NCBI GenBank assembly: GCA_963750925.1 | Contig: CAVVSJ010000004.1 | Span: 893,946-957,945 of the forward strand | Origin: an uncultured Acidobacteriota bacterium | GTDB taxonomy: Bacteria > Acidobacteriota > Blastocatellia > Pyrinomonadales > Pyrinomonadaceae | Length of the DNA: 64,000 bases | Reading direction: 5' to 3' | Part shown: in pieces, positions 28,401 through 38,300 of the stretch | Layout: the number at the start of each line of letters is the position of its first letter | Position numbering within the stretch: position 1 is the first letter of the stretch | The notes under the pieces: generated by a model | Database searches by the model: none | Told to the model about the DNA's origin: nothing | Seen by the model: the letters and a program-made list of their open reading frames with translations, nothing else | Made by a program: the position numbers and the translations under genes

Positions 28401-29255
28401 AGCGTTGTCCTCCCGCTGCATCATTCCATTCGCGTCGCGGAGGAATGGTCGGTGGTCGATAACCTTTCGAACGGGCGCGCGGGAGTCTCGTTCACCTCGG
28501 GTTGGATTCCGAACGACTTCGCGTTTTTCCCGGAACGTTTTCCCAACAAACGCGAGGAGATGCTGCGCGGGATCGAAGAAGTGCAACGTCTCTGGCGTGG
28601 CGAAACGATCTCCGCGATCGACGGAGCAGGGAAGAGCCGCGATCTGAGCATCCTGCCGCGGCCGATCCAGGCTGAGTTGCCGATCTGGTTGACGTGCAGC
28701 GGCGATCCGCAAATGTTCGTCAAGGCGGGTGAACTCGGACTGCACGTTCTCACCGCCCTCCTGTCGCAGTCAGTCGAAGAAGTAGAGAGCAAGATCAAAC
28801 TCTACCGCGATGCGCGCCGGGCGAACGGACACGATCCTGACACGGGCGTCGTGACGCTGATGATGCACACGTTTGTCGGCGAGAACGAGCAGAAAGTTCT
28901 CGACATCACGCGTGGTCCACTCAGCGAGTATCTGAAAGCTCACGTCGGCCTGATCGAGACGATGACGCAGAGTCTCGACATCAAGGTTGACATCAATAAG
29001 GAAGAGTATCTCGACTACCTCATCGCTTTTGCCCTCGAGCGCTACTACAAGATCGCGTCACTGATCGGCACGCCCGAGAAATGCCTGCCGCTCGTCCAGC
29101 GACTCTCGGATATCGGCGTTGACGAACTCGCGTGTTTTATCGATTTCGGCGTTAACGTAGACGCCGTGCTCGAGGGATTGCGCCACCTACACAAACTGAA
29201 ACAACTCTGCGAAACACCACGGATTGCACCGCTCACACGAACTCAATCCGCATAA
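22452..29255 (+). CDS. Hybrid PKS module: KS-AT(malonyl-type)-KR-DH-carrier-LLM (luciferase-like monooxygenase) domain
   Basis: ATGA start/stop overlap with NRPS 2. KS motifs TACSTSLVAVH (~22991), EAHGTGT, KANIGHLDVAAG. AT motifs GHSIGE (~24336) and HAFH (~24629). KR motifs TGGMGGMG (~25920) and DYCAANNF (~26399). DH motifs HRIGGRAVLPG (~26658) and LHPSLLD. Carrier GGDSV (~27804). An acidic linker EEDDEFDDEEEE follows. LLM domain IDFSLFYFAAD...WTPERHF...SFTSGW runs from ~28178 to the end. Confidence 0.9.
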   Translation: MSKNDLNAASQGIAIVGLAGRFPQAKTLTEFWRNLTEGTQTVSFFTDDELRAEGIASAVLEDSRYVKAKGMLDDVEWFDASFFGITPKEAEMMDPQQRLFLECAWTALEDAGYDSEQHNGSIGLFAGASINSYLLLNLLSNPDLVDRVGILQSSIPNRTDHLTTRAAYKLNLKGPAITVQTACSTSLVAVHLACQSLASYGCDLALAGGVTVSVPKKSGYYFQEGGVLSSDGYCRPFDHKANGTVVGNGAGVVVLKRLADALAEGDEIHAVIKGSAINNDGSLKVGYTAPSLEGQVEVIAMAQAVAGVDPETISYVEAHGTGTTLGDPIELAALSEIFRASTNRKNFCAIGSLKANIGHLDVAAGVAGLIKTTLALRHGVVPPVLNFERPNPQIDLESSPFYVNTKSIEWKRNGTPRRAGVSSFGIGGTNAHVVLEEAPAREQSEASRPSQLLLLSAATASALETATTNLSAHLRENPQLDLADVAHTLAVGRRAFRHRRILAAHDLEDAARALDGLDPRRVVTALQEPKNRPVMFMFPGQGAQFVNMGRELYESEPVFRAEVDHCAEQLRRHLDVDLRAILYPDDAVSTESVERLKQTAITQPALFVTEYALAKLLMHWGVSPAGMIGHSIGEFVAACLSGVLSLSDALSLVAARGRLMQSVENGEMLVLPLPEAQVQPLLGDELSLASVNSPSLCVVAGPASAIAKLDEKLKTQDVLSRRLHTSHAFHSKMMDPILDSFRDEVSRVKLNAPRIPFVSNLTGTWIRAEDATDPEYWVKHLRQTVRFGEGVTRLFEQPDSILLEVGPGKTLMTIARWHAAKTAGQTVLTSMSHPDEPRSDLVALQNSVGKLWLAGVNISWRDFYAHEQRRRVSLPTYPFERRRFWIDPATQTVGLSATKNGLRKNPNLAEWFYTPSWKSSVPPARPATAKDQSPWVLFVDECGLGRGVARQLENAGREVITVSAGVEFTSRGDRDFVVAPNSKEDFETLLQTLAARGIRPASFVHLWNVTSAFDSLNDSARAVDCERKGFYSLLALAQALGNDSESKPAELTIVTNEMQRVTGDESLSPDKATVLGAVRVVPQEYKQITCRSIDVRLDHDEDKLAELLASELLAGSSDKTIAYRNHQRWVQNFEPYSLPKPAQIDAGLRQKGVYLITGGMGGMGLVFAEHLARTAGARLALVGRSTFPSRERWRRWLGTHDEHDEVSQKIRRLQEFEKYGARVEVFSADVSDLEQMKDVHARVVKQFGPVNGVIHAAGVAGGGMIHLKTPEKAASILAPKVEGTRVLGRIFAGAGLDFLFLCSSRSSILGGFGQIDYCAANNFLDAFANYYTAKTGTFTIAADWDGWQEVGMLVNTAAQYGLAKESKQTIDHPLLAERVSQTPDRETFVKQFSVADSWILEEHRIGGRAVLPGVTYLEMAHAAFEQHAGVDGPVELRDVFFITPMSINDDEKRDVRLVLERNGDAFRFRASSKPSGNGDSDAAWQDHAMGEVGRAAVREPRRHNLEEIIKRCGTREIFGGDEERDPDLGPRWQNITKVYLGEREMVVLFELDEAFAPDLERLKLHPSLLDRAAGTGMLYMELDGVYLPMSYKRLRVEQPLPRRIFAHIRETENNYSKKETITFDVLIMDEHGNELVEIEEFSEKRINDLTEQVRAMSDKTARADVNEPAATLVKSFYEESIGEGIAPAEGVEVLMRILNGAKVPQVIVSTKDLAASIADANSFIENKVSDEIDKLQVARPLHPRPDVQTPYAAPRNELEEMLAGIMQEALGVDRVGVDDNFFELGGDSVLSIQIIARVNRAGWQITPQQIFQHQTIAELAAVAVKTGEPKAETVSTAPAPPAEKTGFGVAGLEGRRLNKLSRLLEEDDEFDDEEEEAIVEEPAAKVIAVSGNGTGVKEMTIKEPKKAKQIDFSLFYFAADNSQSGGDKYRLYLEGAKFADKHGFSAVWTPERHFHESGGLYPNPSVLSAALAAVTEQIKLRAGSVVLPLHHSIRVAEEWSVVDNLSNGRAGVSFTSGWIPNDFAFFPERFPNKREEMLRGIEEVQRLWRGETISAIDGAGKSRDLSILPRPIQAELPIWLTCSGDPQMFVKAGELGLHVLTALLSQSVEEVESKIKLYRDARRANGHDPDTGVVTLMMHTFVGENEQKVLDITRGPLSEYLKAHVGLIETMTQSLDIKVDINKEEYLDYLIAFALERYYKIASLIGTPEKCLPLVQRLSDIGVDELACFIDFGVNVDAVLEGLRHLHKLKQLCETPRIAPLTRTQSA

Positions 29256-29269
29256 GCACGAATTAATTT

Positions 29270-29336
29270 GGGTCTTTGGTCTTGGGTTTTGGGTCTTCAA
29301 GATTACCCAGGACCCTAGACCAAAGACCAAAGACCA
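29270..29336. repeat. intercistronic palindrome C (GACCAAAG variant)
   Basis: ggtctttggtctt (29271-29283) pairs perfectly with aagaccaaagacc (29323-29335). The inner extension 29285-29296 / 29310-29321 pairs at most positions, including G-U. The loop is ~13 nt. Confidence 0.75.
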
Positions 29337-29365
29337 CTCTGGCTGTGAACACAAGGGTCGAAATA

Positions 29366-32300
29366 ATGAAAATGAAGAACGTCGAAGACATCTATCCGCT
29401 CTCGCCAATGCAGGAAGGAATTCTCTTCCATACGCGTCACGATCCGGCGTTTGCGATGTACTTCGAGATTATTACGGGGACGATGCGCGGCGACGTCGAT
29501 CTGGCGGCGTTCGCACGCGCATGGCAGTCAGTTGTGGATCGACACGCCGTGTTGCGTACCGCCTTTGTCTGGGAAGGACTCGACGAGCCGGTCCAGGTCG
29601 TGCGCAAGCGCGCTAAGTTGGCAGTGACTAACTACGACTGGCGCGGACTCTCCAGCGACGAGCAGGCAAACGCGCTCGCCGAATTATTTGCCGCCGAACG
29701 CGCGCGTGGCTTCGATCTTTCAAAAGCGCCCCTCATGCGTGTGGCGCTGATCCAGACGGCTGACGATTCATATCGTTTTGTTTGGACTTACTACCACGGC
29801 CTGGTTGACGGCTGGTCCGGCTCGCTCGTTTTCAACGACGTGTTTTCCTACTACGAGGCGTCGATTCGCGGCGTCGAGATCAGTCTGCCGCCCGCGCCTT
29901 CGTTCCGCAGTTATATCGACTGGGTTCGCAAGCAGGACCTCGATAAGGCGCGCGAGTATTGGCAGGGCGCGTTGCGAGGCTTTAAGGCCGCCACGCCGAT
30001 CGAGCTGGTGCGCGCGCGTGAGACGTCTATCTCAGATGAGACGCGGAGTTACCGTGAGCTCGAGTTTAGTCTCGACGCTGAAACCACCGCCAAACTCGTA
30101 AGACTTTCGCGCCAGCAGCAATTGACGCTGAACACGATTTGCCAGGGCGCCTGGGCCATGTTGCTGAATCGCTACAGCGGCGAGCAGGACGTGGTGTTTG
30201 GCGTGGCCGTGTCGGGCCGTCCGCCGATGCTCGAAAACGTCGAAACCATGATCGGCATGCTTATCAACACGCTTCCCGCGCGTATTCAGGTGACGCCGGA
30301 GGCGATGTTGATTCCGTGGCTCAAAGATATCCAGAGCGCGCAGTGGGAGATGCGGGAGTATGAGTACAGCCCGCTTGTGCAGGTCCAGGGATGGAGTGAG
30401 GTGTCTCGCACGAGTCCTCTGTTCGATTCGATCGTGTCGTTTGAAAATCACCCGATTGATTATTCGCTGTTGAAGCGCAGCGACCGGGCTGAAGTGCGTG
30501 ACGTGGTCCATTACCACACGGCCACGGGCTATCCGATCAATATCATCATCGAGCCGGGCAACAAGTTGACGGTGAAGTTGATGTACGACTTCGGCCGCGT
30601 CGATGATATTGCGGTCGAGCGAATTCTCGGCCACCTGAGACAGTTGCTTACCGCGATCGCGGAGAATGAAGATCGACATCTCTCTGATTTCGCGATACTG
30701 ACACCAATTGAGCAGCAGCAGTTGTTGTTTGAATGGAACGGCAATACCGCGGAGTATCGACGTGATGTTTGCCTGCACGAGTTGTTTGAAGAGCAGGTGC
30801 AGCGCACGCCTGAAGCCCCTGCAGTCGTCTTCCGCGACCAGCAACTTAGCTTCGCCGAACTGAACAGCCGTGCCAACCAACTCGCCCGGTATTTACGGCA
30901 ACTCGGCGTCGGTCCGGAAGTCAGGACAGCGCTCTGCATGGAACGCTCGGTGGAGATGGTCGTGGGCATGCTGGCGATCCTGAAAGCCGGTGGTGTCTAT
31001 GTACCGCTCGAGATGGCCCAGCCGCAGGCGCGGCTGAAGTTCATGCTGGAGGATGCGGACGCGCGTGTGGTGCTGACGCAGCAAGCGCTCGTGGATCTCC
31101 TGCCTAAGCACGACGTGCCGATCGTTTGCGTGGACGAATGTGTCCTGGATGAAAACGCCGACAACCTGCCGGTGAACGCCACGGCCGACAATCTCGCTTA
31201 CGTGATCTACACCTCGGGCTCAACCGGCACGCCGAAAGGCGTGATGGTGGGTCATCGTTCGGCAGTGAATCTGGTGAGCGGCTTGCGCCAGGCGATCTAC
31301 GATCGTCACGCCGCGCCGCTGCGCGTGAGTGTGAACGCGCAGATCGTCTTCGATGCTTCCATCAAGCAACTGGTGCAACTGCTTGGCGGGCACACCCTCG
31401 TGGTGATTCCGGAAGACGTGCGCGCAAGTGGCGAGGCCATGCTGGCGCACATCGCGGAGCAGCGTCTGGACGTGCTCGACTGCACGCCGTCGCAACTGCA
31501 ACTGCTGCTGGCCTCGGAAGCGTGGGAGCGTGACAAGCCGCAAGCACTGCTGATCGGCGGCGAGGCGATCAGCGCCGATCTGTGGGATCGCTTGTCAGCA
31601 CAGAGCGGCACAGAATGCTACAACGTGTATGGACCAACGGAGTGCACGGTAGACGCCGCCATCGGGCACGTCGAAACTGCCGGTGAGACGCCCAACATCG
31701 GGCATCCGATCACGAACGCGCGGATCTACCTGTTGGACGCCCAGCAACGGCCGGTGCCGATCGGAGTGCGCGGCGAGATCTGCGTGGCGGGCGAGTGTCT
31801 GGCGCGTGGATATCTGAATGCCCCGGGACTGACGGCGGAGAAGTTTGTGCCGGAGCCGTTCTCGGGCGTGGCGGGCGCGCGGATGTATCGCACGGGCGAC
31901 CTGGGGCGATATCTGGCGGACGGGCGGATCGAGTTTGTCGGGCGCGTGGACCATCAGGTGAAGGTGCGTGGTGTACGGATCGAGTTAGGAGAGATCGAAG
32001 CGGCGCTGAGACAGCATGCAGCCGTGCGCGACGCAGTGGTCCAGGTGCGTGAAGATATCACAAACGACAAGCGTCTCATCGCTTACGTCGTCCCCGAGGA
32101 GACACAGGGTCTACCGCTCGTGCCGAAAGTAGCGGGCGAAGAGCGCGAAGATTTGTTGTCAGGCAGGCAGTTAACAAAACTGCCGAACGGCATGCTCATC
32201 GCCGGTCACGGCAGCTTGCAGGCGAGCGGCGTCTACCGCGAGATCTTCGAAGACAACATCTACTTCAAGCACGGGGTTCGACTCGACGAAGGCGCGTGCG

Positions 32301-35300
32301 TTTTCGACGTCGGCGCAAACATCGGTCTGTTCACCTTATTTGTGAAGCAGCAGGTGCGCGCGTCGCGCGTCTACTCATTCGAACCTCTGCCGCCAAACTT
32401 CCAGGCTCTGCAAACCAACGCGAAACTTTACGGTCTCGACGTCAAACTCTTCGAGTGCGGACTTTCGAATCGACGCGATACCGCGACGTTCACGTTTTAT
32501 CCACACGCGGCGGCGATGTCAGGCAAGGGCACGCGCGTCGAGGAAGACAAAGTCGCGGCCATGGCCAACGTCGGCAGTTGGCTCAAGACTTTCGAGCACG
32601 ATCCCCACTCAGCGCCGGGCGAATACGATCTCGACAACTTCGTCGAACACTACCTCATCAGCGAATCGTACACGTGCCAGCTTCGCACTCTCTCCGAGAT
32701 CATTCGCGAACACGGCATCGAGCGCATCGATCTGTTGAAGCTTGACGTTGAACGAAGCGAGTTTGACGTGCTCACGGGCATTGAGGATGACGACTGGAAA
32801 AAGATCAGGCAATTCGTGATCGAAGTGCACTCCGACGAGTTGCTGGAGCAGATCGCGGCTCTGTTGCGAACACGAGGATACACGTTTGCGATAGAGAAGA
32901 GTTCGATCGTCGAAACGAGCGGACAGGATGTGGTCCGGGGTTACATGCTTTACGCATTTGATCCGGCGCAACGGAACGCGTCTTCGAATGGTCACGGGTT
33001 GAATGGCGCGAACCCTCGGCCTCTCGCGCTTTCCGATGCGGCCCTGTCGCCGGATAGCCTGCGCAACTTCCTGCTCGAACGATTACCGGTGCAGATGATC
33101 CCGACAGGGTTCGTCGTGCTTAAAGAATTGCCGCTCATGGCGAGTGGTAAAGTCGATCGCCGCGCGCTGCCCGCGCCGGAGGACCAGTCTTTACTCAGCG
33201 GCGACGAGCACGTAGCGCCGCGCACACCGGTGGAAGAGATCGTTGCAGGGATCTGCGCCTCGGTATTGCGTCTGGAGAGCGTCAGCGTCACGGCAAACTT
33301 CTTCGATCTCGGTGGTCACTCGTTGCTGGCGGCCCAGGTGATCTCTCGCGTGCGCGAGACGTTTCACGTCGAGCTAAGCCTGCGCAGTTTGTTCTTGAAA
33401 CCCACTGTCGAAGGTCTGGCTGAGAACATCGAAAAATCTCTCACGGCGGGCGATCAGGTTGCGGGTGGACGAATTGAACCCATTGCACACGAAGGCGAGT
33501 TGCCACTTTCGTTCTCACAACAACGCATCTGGTTTTTGGACCAGATGGCCGGCAGCACACCTTATTACAACATCACTTCGCGGGTGCGTTTGCAGGGAGA
33601 TTTGAATCTCGAAGCCTTGCAAAAAGCTTTCTCCGAGATTGTCAGGCGACACGAAATTCTGCGCACCACGTTTTCGAAGGTGAGAGGGCGGCCGGCGCAG
33701 ATCATAAATCCCGCGCAGCCTCTGACGCTCGGGATCGAAGACGTTCCCGGCGAAACATTCGAAGACCGCGTCGAAAATGCTCGTTCGATCGCGCGAGCGG
33801 ACGCCGAGCAACCGTTTGATCTGAACGTTGGCCCATTGCTCCGCATTCGTCTGCTGCGTCTGGACAACTCGGAACACCTCGCGCTGTTGACGATGCATCA
33901 CATCATCTCCGACGGATGGTCCACGAGTGTTCTCATAAGTGAACTCTCGGCGCTTTACTCCGCGTTCCTGAAAGGCGAGCCGTCGCCCCTGCCGGAGTTG
34001 CCGCTACAGTACGTCGATTACGCCGTCTGGCAACGCAACTGGCTCCAGGGTGAGACGCTCGAAACGCAGCTCAACTACTGGCGCGAGAAACTTCAGGGCG
34101 CACCCGCCCTCCTGGAACTCCCGACAGACAAGCCGCGTCCGGCCACGCAAACTTTCAACGGCGCTTCGGAGAATTGGCGGATTGGACCACAGACGACCGC
34201 GCGGCTGCGTCAACTCTCGCGCGACGAAGGCACGACGCTCTACATGACCCTGCTCGCCGCCTTCAAGACGCTTCTCTATCGCTACTCGGGTCAAACCGAC
34301 CTCGTGATCGGAACGGACATCGCCAACCGCACACGCTCCGAGACTGAAAATCTGATCGGCTTCTTCGCGAACATAGTCCTGATGCGCAGCGACATGTCGC
34401 GGAATCCGACTTTCGCGGAACTGCTGGGCCATGTTCGCGAAACCGCGCTGGGCGCCTATGCGCACCAGGATCTGCCTTTCGAAAAGCTCGTCGAGGAGTT
34501 GCAGCCCGAGCGGAGCCTCAGTCACGCGCCCTTCTTCAACGTCATCTTCGTCCTGCAAAACACACCGCGCGGCACACTCGACATGCCCGGGCTCAAACTT
34601 ACCTCCGAAGAGTTTGACAGTAACTTCACGCGCTTCGATCTCGAGTTTCACTTGTGGGAACGTGACGGCGAGCTGAGCGGCTTTCTGATTTACAACACCG
34701 ACCTGTTCGAAGCAGAGACGATCAGCCGTCTGTTGGGCCACTTCACGAACCTGCTCGATGGAATTATCACGGACCCCGATCGACGTGTTGCCAGTCTGCC
34801 ATTGCTCGCTGCGGAAGAGCGGCAGACGTTATTGACTGCATGGAACGACACCGCCACCGATTATCCGCGCAACGATGTGATTCACCGGCAGTTTGAGTTG
34901 CAGGCCGCGCAAAGACCGCACGCCACCGCGTTGATCTTCGGCGATCGCGAAATGACTTATGACGAGCTCAATCGCCGTGCGAATCAACTCGCGCATCACC
35001 TGGTGTCGCTCGGTATCGGACCGGAAACTCCGGTTGCGGTTTGCCTCGAGCGTTCGTTTGAAGTGGTCATCGCGTTGCTCGGCATACTCAAGGCGGGTGG
35101 TTATTACGTGCCGCTCGATCGCGAGTATCCGATCGACCGCCTGGCGTTCATGATCAACGATTCAGCCGTCCCAGTCGTGCTGACGCAGACGTCGCTGCTC
35201 GAAGTGCTGCCTGCGCACTGGTCACAGATCGTGACTATGGACGACGACTGGGAAATGATCGCAAACGAAAGCGACGAGAACCTCGTCACGCGCGGAACGG

Positions 35301-38300
35301 CCGAGAACCTTGCGTACGTCATGTACACGTCAGGGTCGACGGGTGAACCGAAAGGCGTGAGCATCACGCATCGCGGCGTGCTGCGTCTCGTTAAGGAGAC
35401 GAACTTTGCGAACTTCGGAACGGATGAAGTGTTCCTGCAACTCGCGCCCGTCACTTTTGACGCGTCGACTTACGAAGTGTGGGGAAGTTTACTCAACGGC
35501 GGACGGCTCGTGATCATGCCGCCGGAAGCGCCTGAGCTGGATGAACTGGGAGCAGCGCTGCAGCGTTATGGTGTGACGACGTTGTGGCTCACGGCCGGCC
35601 TGTTTCATCTGATGGTGGACCAGCGTCCGGATGACCTGCGAGGGCTCCGCCAACTGCTTGCCGGCGGTGACGTGCTGTCGCCAACGCACGTGCGAAAGAG
35701 TCTGAGCATTGTTCAGGGCCAGGTGGTCAATGCTTATGGACCAACGGAAAACACGACCTTTACCACCACGAACCCGATGACGCGTGAGACGCAATTCGAC
35801 GGCGTGGTTTCGATCGGGCGTCCAATTGCGAACACGCAAGTTTACCTGCTGAATCGAGAGCTCGAGCCGGTGCCGGTCGGCGCGATGGGCGAACTCTACA
35901 CCGGCGGCGACGGTCTCGCACGCGGTTACCATAATCGACCCGAGTTCACCGCCGATCGTTTTATTCCGCATCCTCATGGGCCTGCCGGCGCGCGGCTTTA
36001 TCGAACAGGTGACCTGGCCCGTTATCTTCCCGACGGTCGCATAGAGTTTGTCGGAAGGTTGGACCAGCAGGTCAAAGTACGCGGTTTCCGCATCGAGCTG
36101 GAGGAGATCGAGATCGCACTGGCATCTCATCCGGCGGTGCGGCAGTGCGTCGTCCTTGCGCGTGCAGATGGAGGCCGCGAGAAACAACTCGTCGCATACG
36201 TTGTGCTGCAGGCAGAACGTGAACTAACCGCAACGGAGATGCGTTCGTACCTGGGCCGGCACCTGCCGGAGTACATGGTTCCGCCACAGCTCGTCGTGCT
36301 CGAGGCGTTTCCGCTGACGTCAAATGGAAAAGTGAATCGCAAGGCGTTGCCTGCTCCGGGTGACGTGCGGGATTCATCACAGAATGGATTTGTCGCGCCG
36401 CAATCCGCTGCCGAGAAGGTGCTGGCGGAAGTTTGGCAGGAGGTGCTGGGCGTCGAGCGCGTCAGTGTCAACGATAACTTTTTCGATCTCGGCGGCGATT
36501 CGATCCGCAGCATCCAGGTGCAGGCGCAGGTGGAGGAGCGCGGCTTCGAAGTTTCCGTTCGCCAGATCCTGCAAGTCCAGACGCTTGGCGATCTCGCGCG
36601 CGAAGCGAAGGACGCGACCGGGATTGTCCGGAGGCATTCGCGGACCCTCCCGTTCAGCCTGGTCAGAAGCGAGGATCTTCAGAAGCTGCCCGAAGAGATA
36701 GAGGACGCGTATCCACTCTCGTTTCTGCAAAGAGGCATGTTGTATCACACCGGGGTGAGCGGGGAACTGGCGCTTTACCACGTGATTTTCAGTTGCGTCA
36801 TTCGCGGCGCGCTCGATCCCGTGGCGTTACAGACGGCGATGCAGCAACTCGCCGCGGAGCATCCGGTCCTGCGAACGTCGTTTGACCTGCACTCTTACGG
36901 CGAGCCGTTGCAGTTGGTCCATAAGGAAGTCGTGGTGCCGTTTGAGATCAGGGATCAGCGGCAGCTAACGAAGGCCGAGCAGAAGCAGACGTTCGCGGCC
37001 TGGAAGGAAGACGACAAAGCGCGCGGTTTTGATTGGTCGACCGCGCCGATCATGCGTCTGAACATCTTTCTTCACGACGACGATGAGTTTCGCATTGCAG
37101 TGAGTTTTCACCACGCGGTTCTTGACGGGTGGAGTTTGAGTTCGCTGTTGTCGGAACTCTTCGTGCGCTATCTGGAGCTTCGCGAGGGTGGCGCGCAAGG
37201 GGAAAGAATTGCCGCGCCGGCGACGTTTAGAGACTTCATCGCGCTCGAGCAGGATTCTTTGCAGTCTGAAGAGACGCGGCAGTACTGGTCTGAAAAACTG
37301 GCTTCACTTCCGGCGACGGCGTTGCCGCCGCGCGATGCGGTCGCTTCCGAAGAAGCCGGCAGAAAGGTCATGCAGACGAGTCTCGGCAGCGAGCTGGTCG
37401 ACGGTTTGAAATCGTTTGCGCGGGAGACGGGTGTGTCGCTCAAGTCAGTCCTGCTCGCGACGCACTGCAAGATACTCGGACTGCTGACCGGACAGGCGGA
37501 AGTCACGACCGGCCTGGTTTCAAACGGGCGTCCGGAAGAAGCCGGCGGCGATCGCGCGCTCGGGCTCTTTTTGAACACGATTCCGTTTTCGTTGCCGCTT
37601 CGCGACCGGTCATGGCGCGAGTTGGTCCAGGCCGTTGCCGAGTCTGAGAAAGAGCTGGCGGAGTTTCGCCGTTACCCGTTCGCCGAGCTGCAAAAGTCGC
37701 ATGGCGGCCAGCCTCCTTTCGAGGCCACATTCAACTACACGCACTTTCACATTCTTGAGAAAGTGCATGAGGCTCCGAATTTCGAGGTGGTTGACGTAGA
37801 AGTCTTCAGCCAGATCAACTTTCCTCTCAGCGTCGGATTCGATCTAAACAACAACTCCGAGCTCATCCTCATCCTCGAACACGATCTCTCACGCCTCAGC
37901 GTGCGCCAGGTCGAAGAGATCAAAAACTACTACTCACGCGCGCTTCACGCGATCGTGACGGATCCCGCAGGCGGCGCCGACAACGCGTGGGCGCTGAACG
38001 ACGAGGAGCGCCAACGTCTCCTGGTCCAATGGAACGACACGCGTGCCGAATATCCGGCCGGCGTTTGCCTGCACGAACTGATTGAAGCGCAGGCAGCACG
38101 CACGCCGGGCGCGATTGCCCTGACTTCACGTGACGCAGCAATCACGTACCGTAAATTGAATGAGCGCGCGAACCAACTCGCGCATCACCTCAAGTCGCTG
38201 GGCGTGGGCCCGGAGGTGCTTGTCGGCGTCATGCTCGACCGTTCCGTCGAGATGGTTGTCGCTCTGTTGGGCGTCTTGAAAGCCGGCGGCGCTTACGTCC

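Noticed and set aside
19846-28745. Long minus-strand ORFs inside the NRPS/PKS genes. Examples: 19846-20916, 22911-23945, 24197-25024, 26004-27344, 27672-28745. Also 30032-30880, 34004-34741, 40631-41347 and 41951-43015.
   Set aside because: They lie antisense to ORFs with unambiguous NRPS/PKS motifs. Their translations are Arg/His/Leu-rich with no motifs. This is the usual shadow-ORF effect in GC-rich coding DNA.
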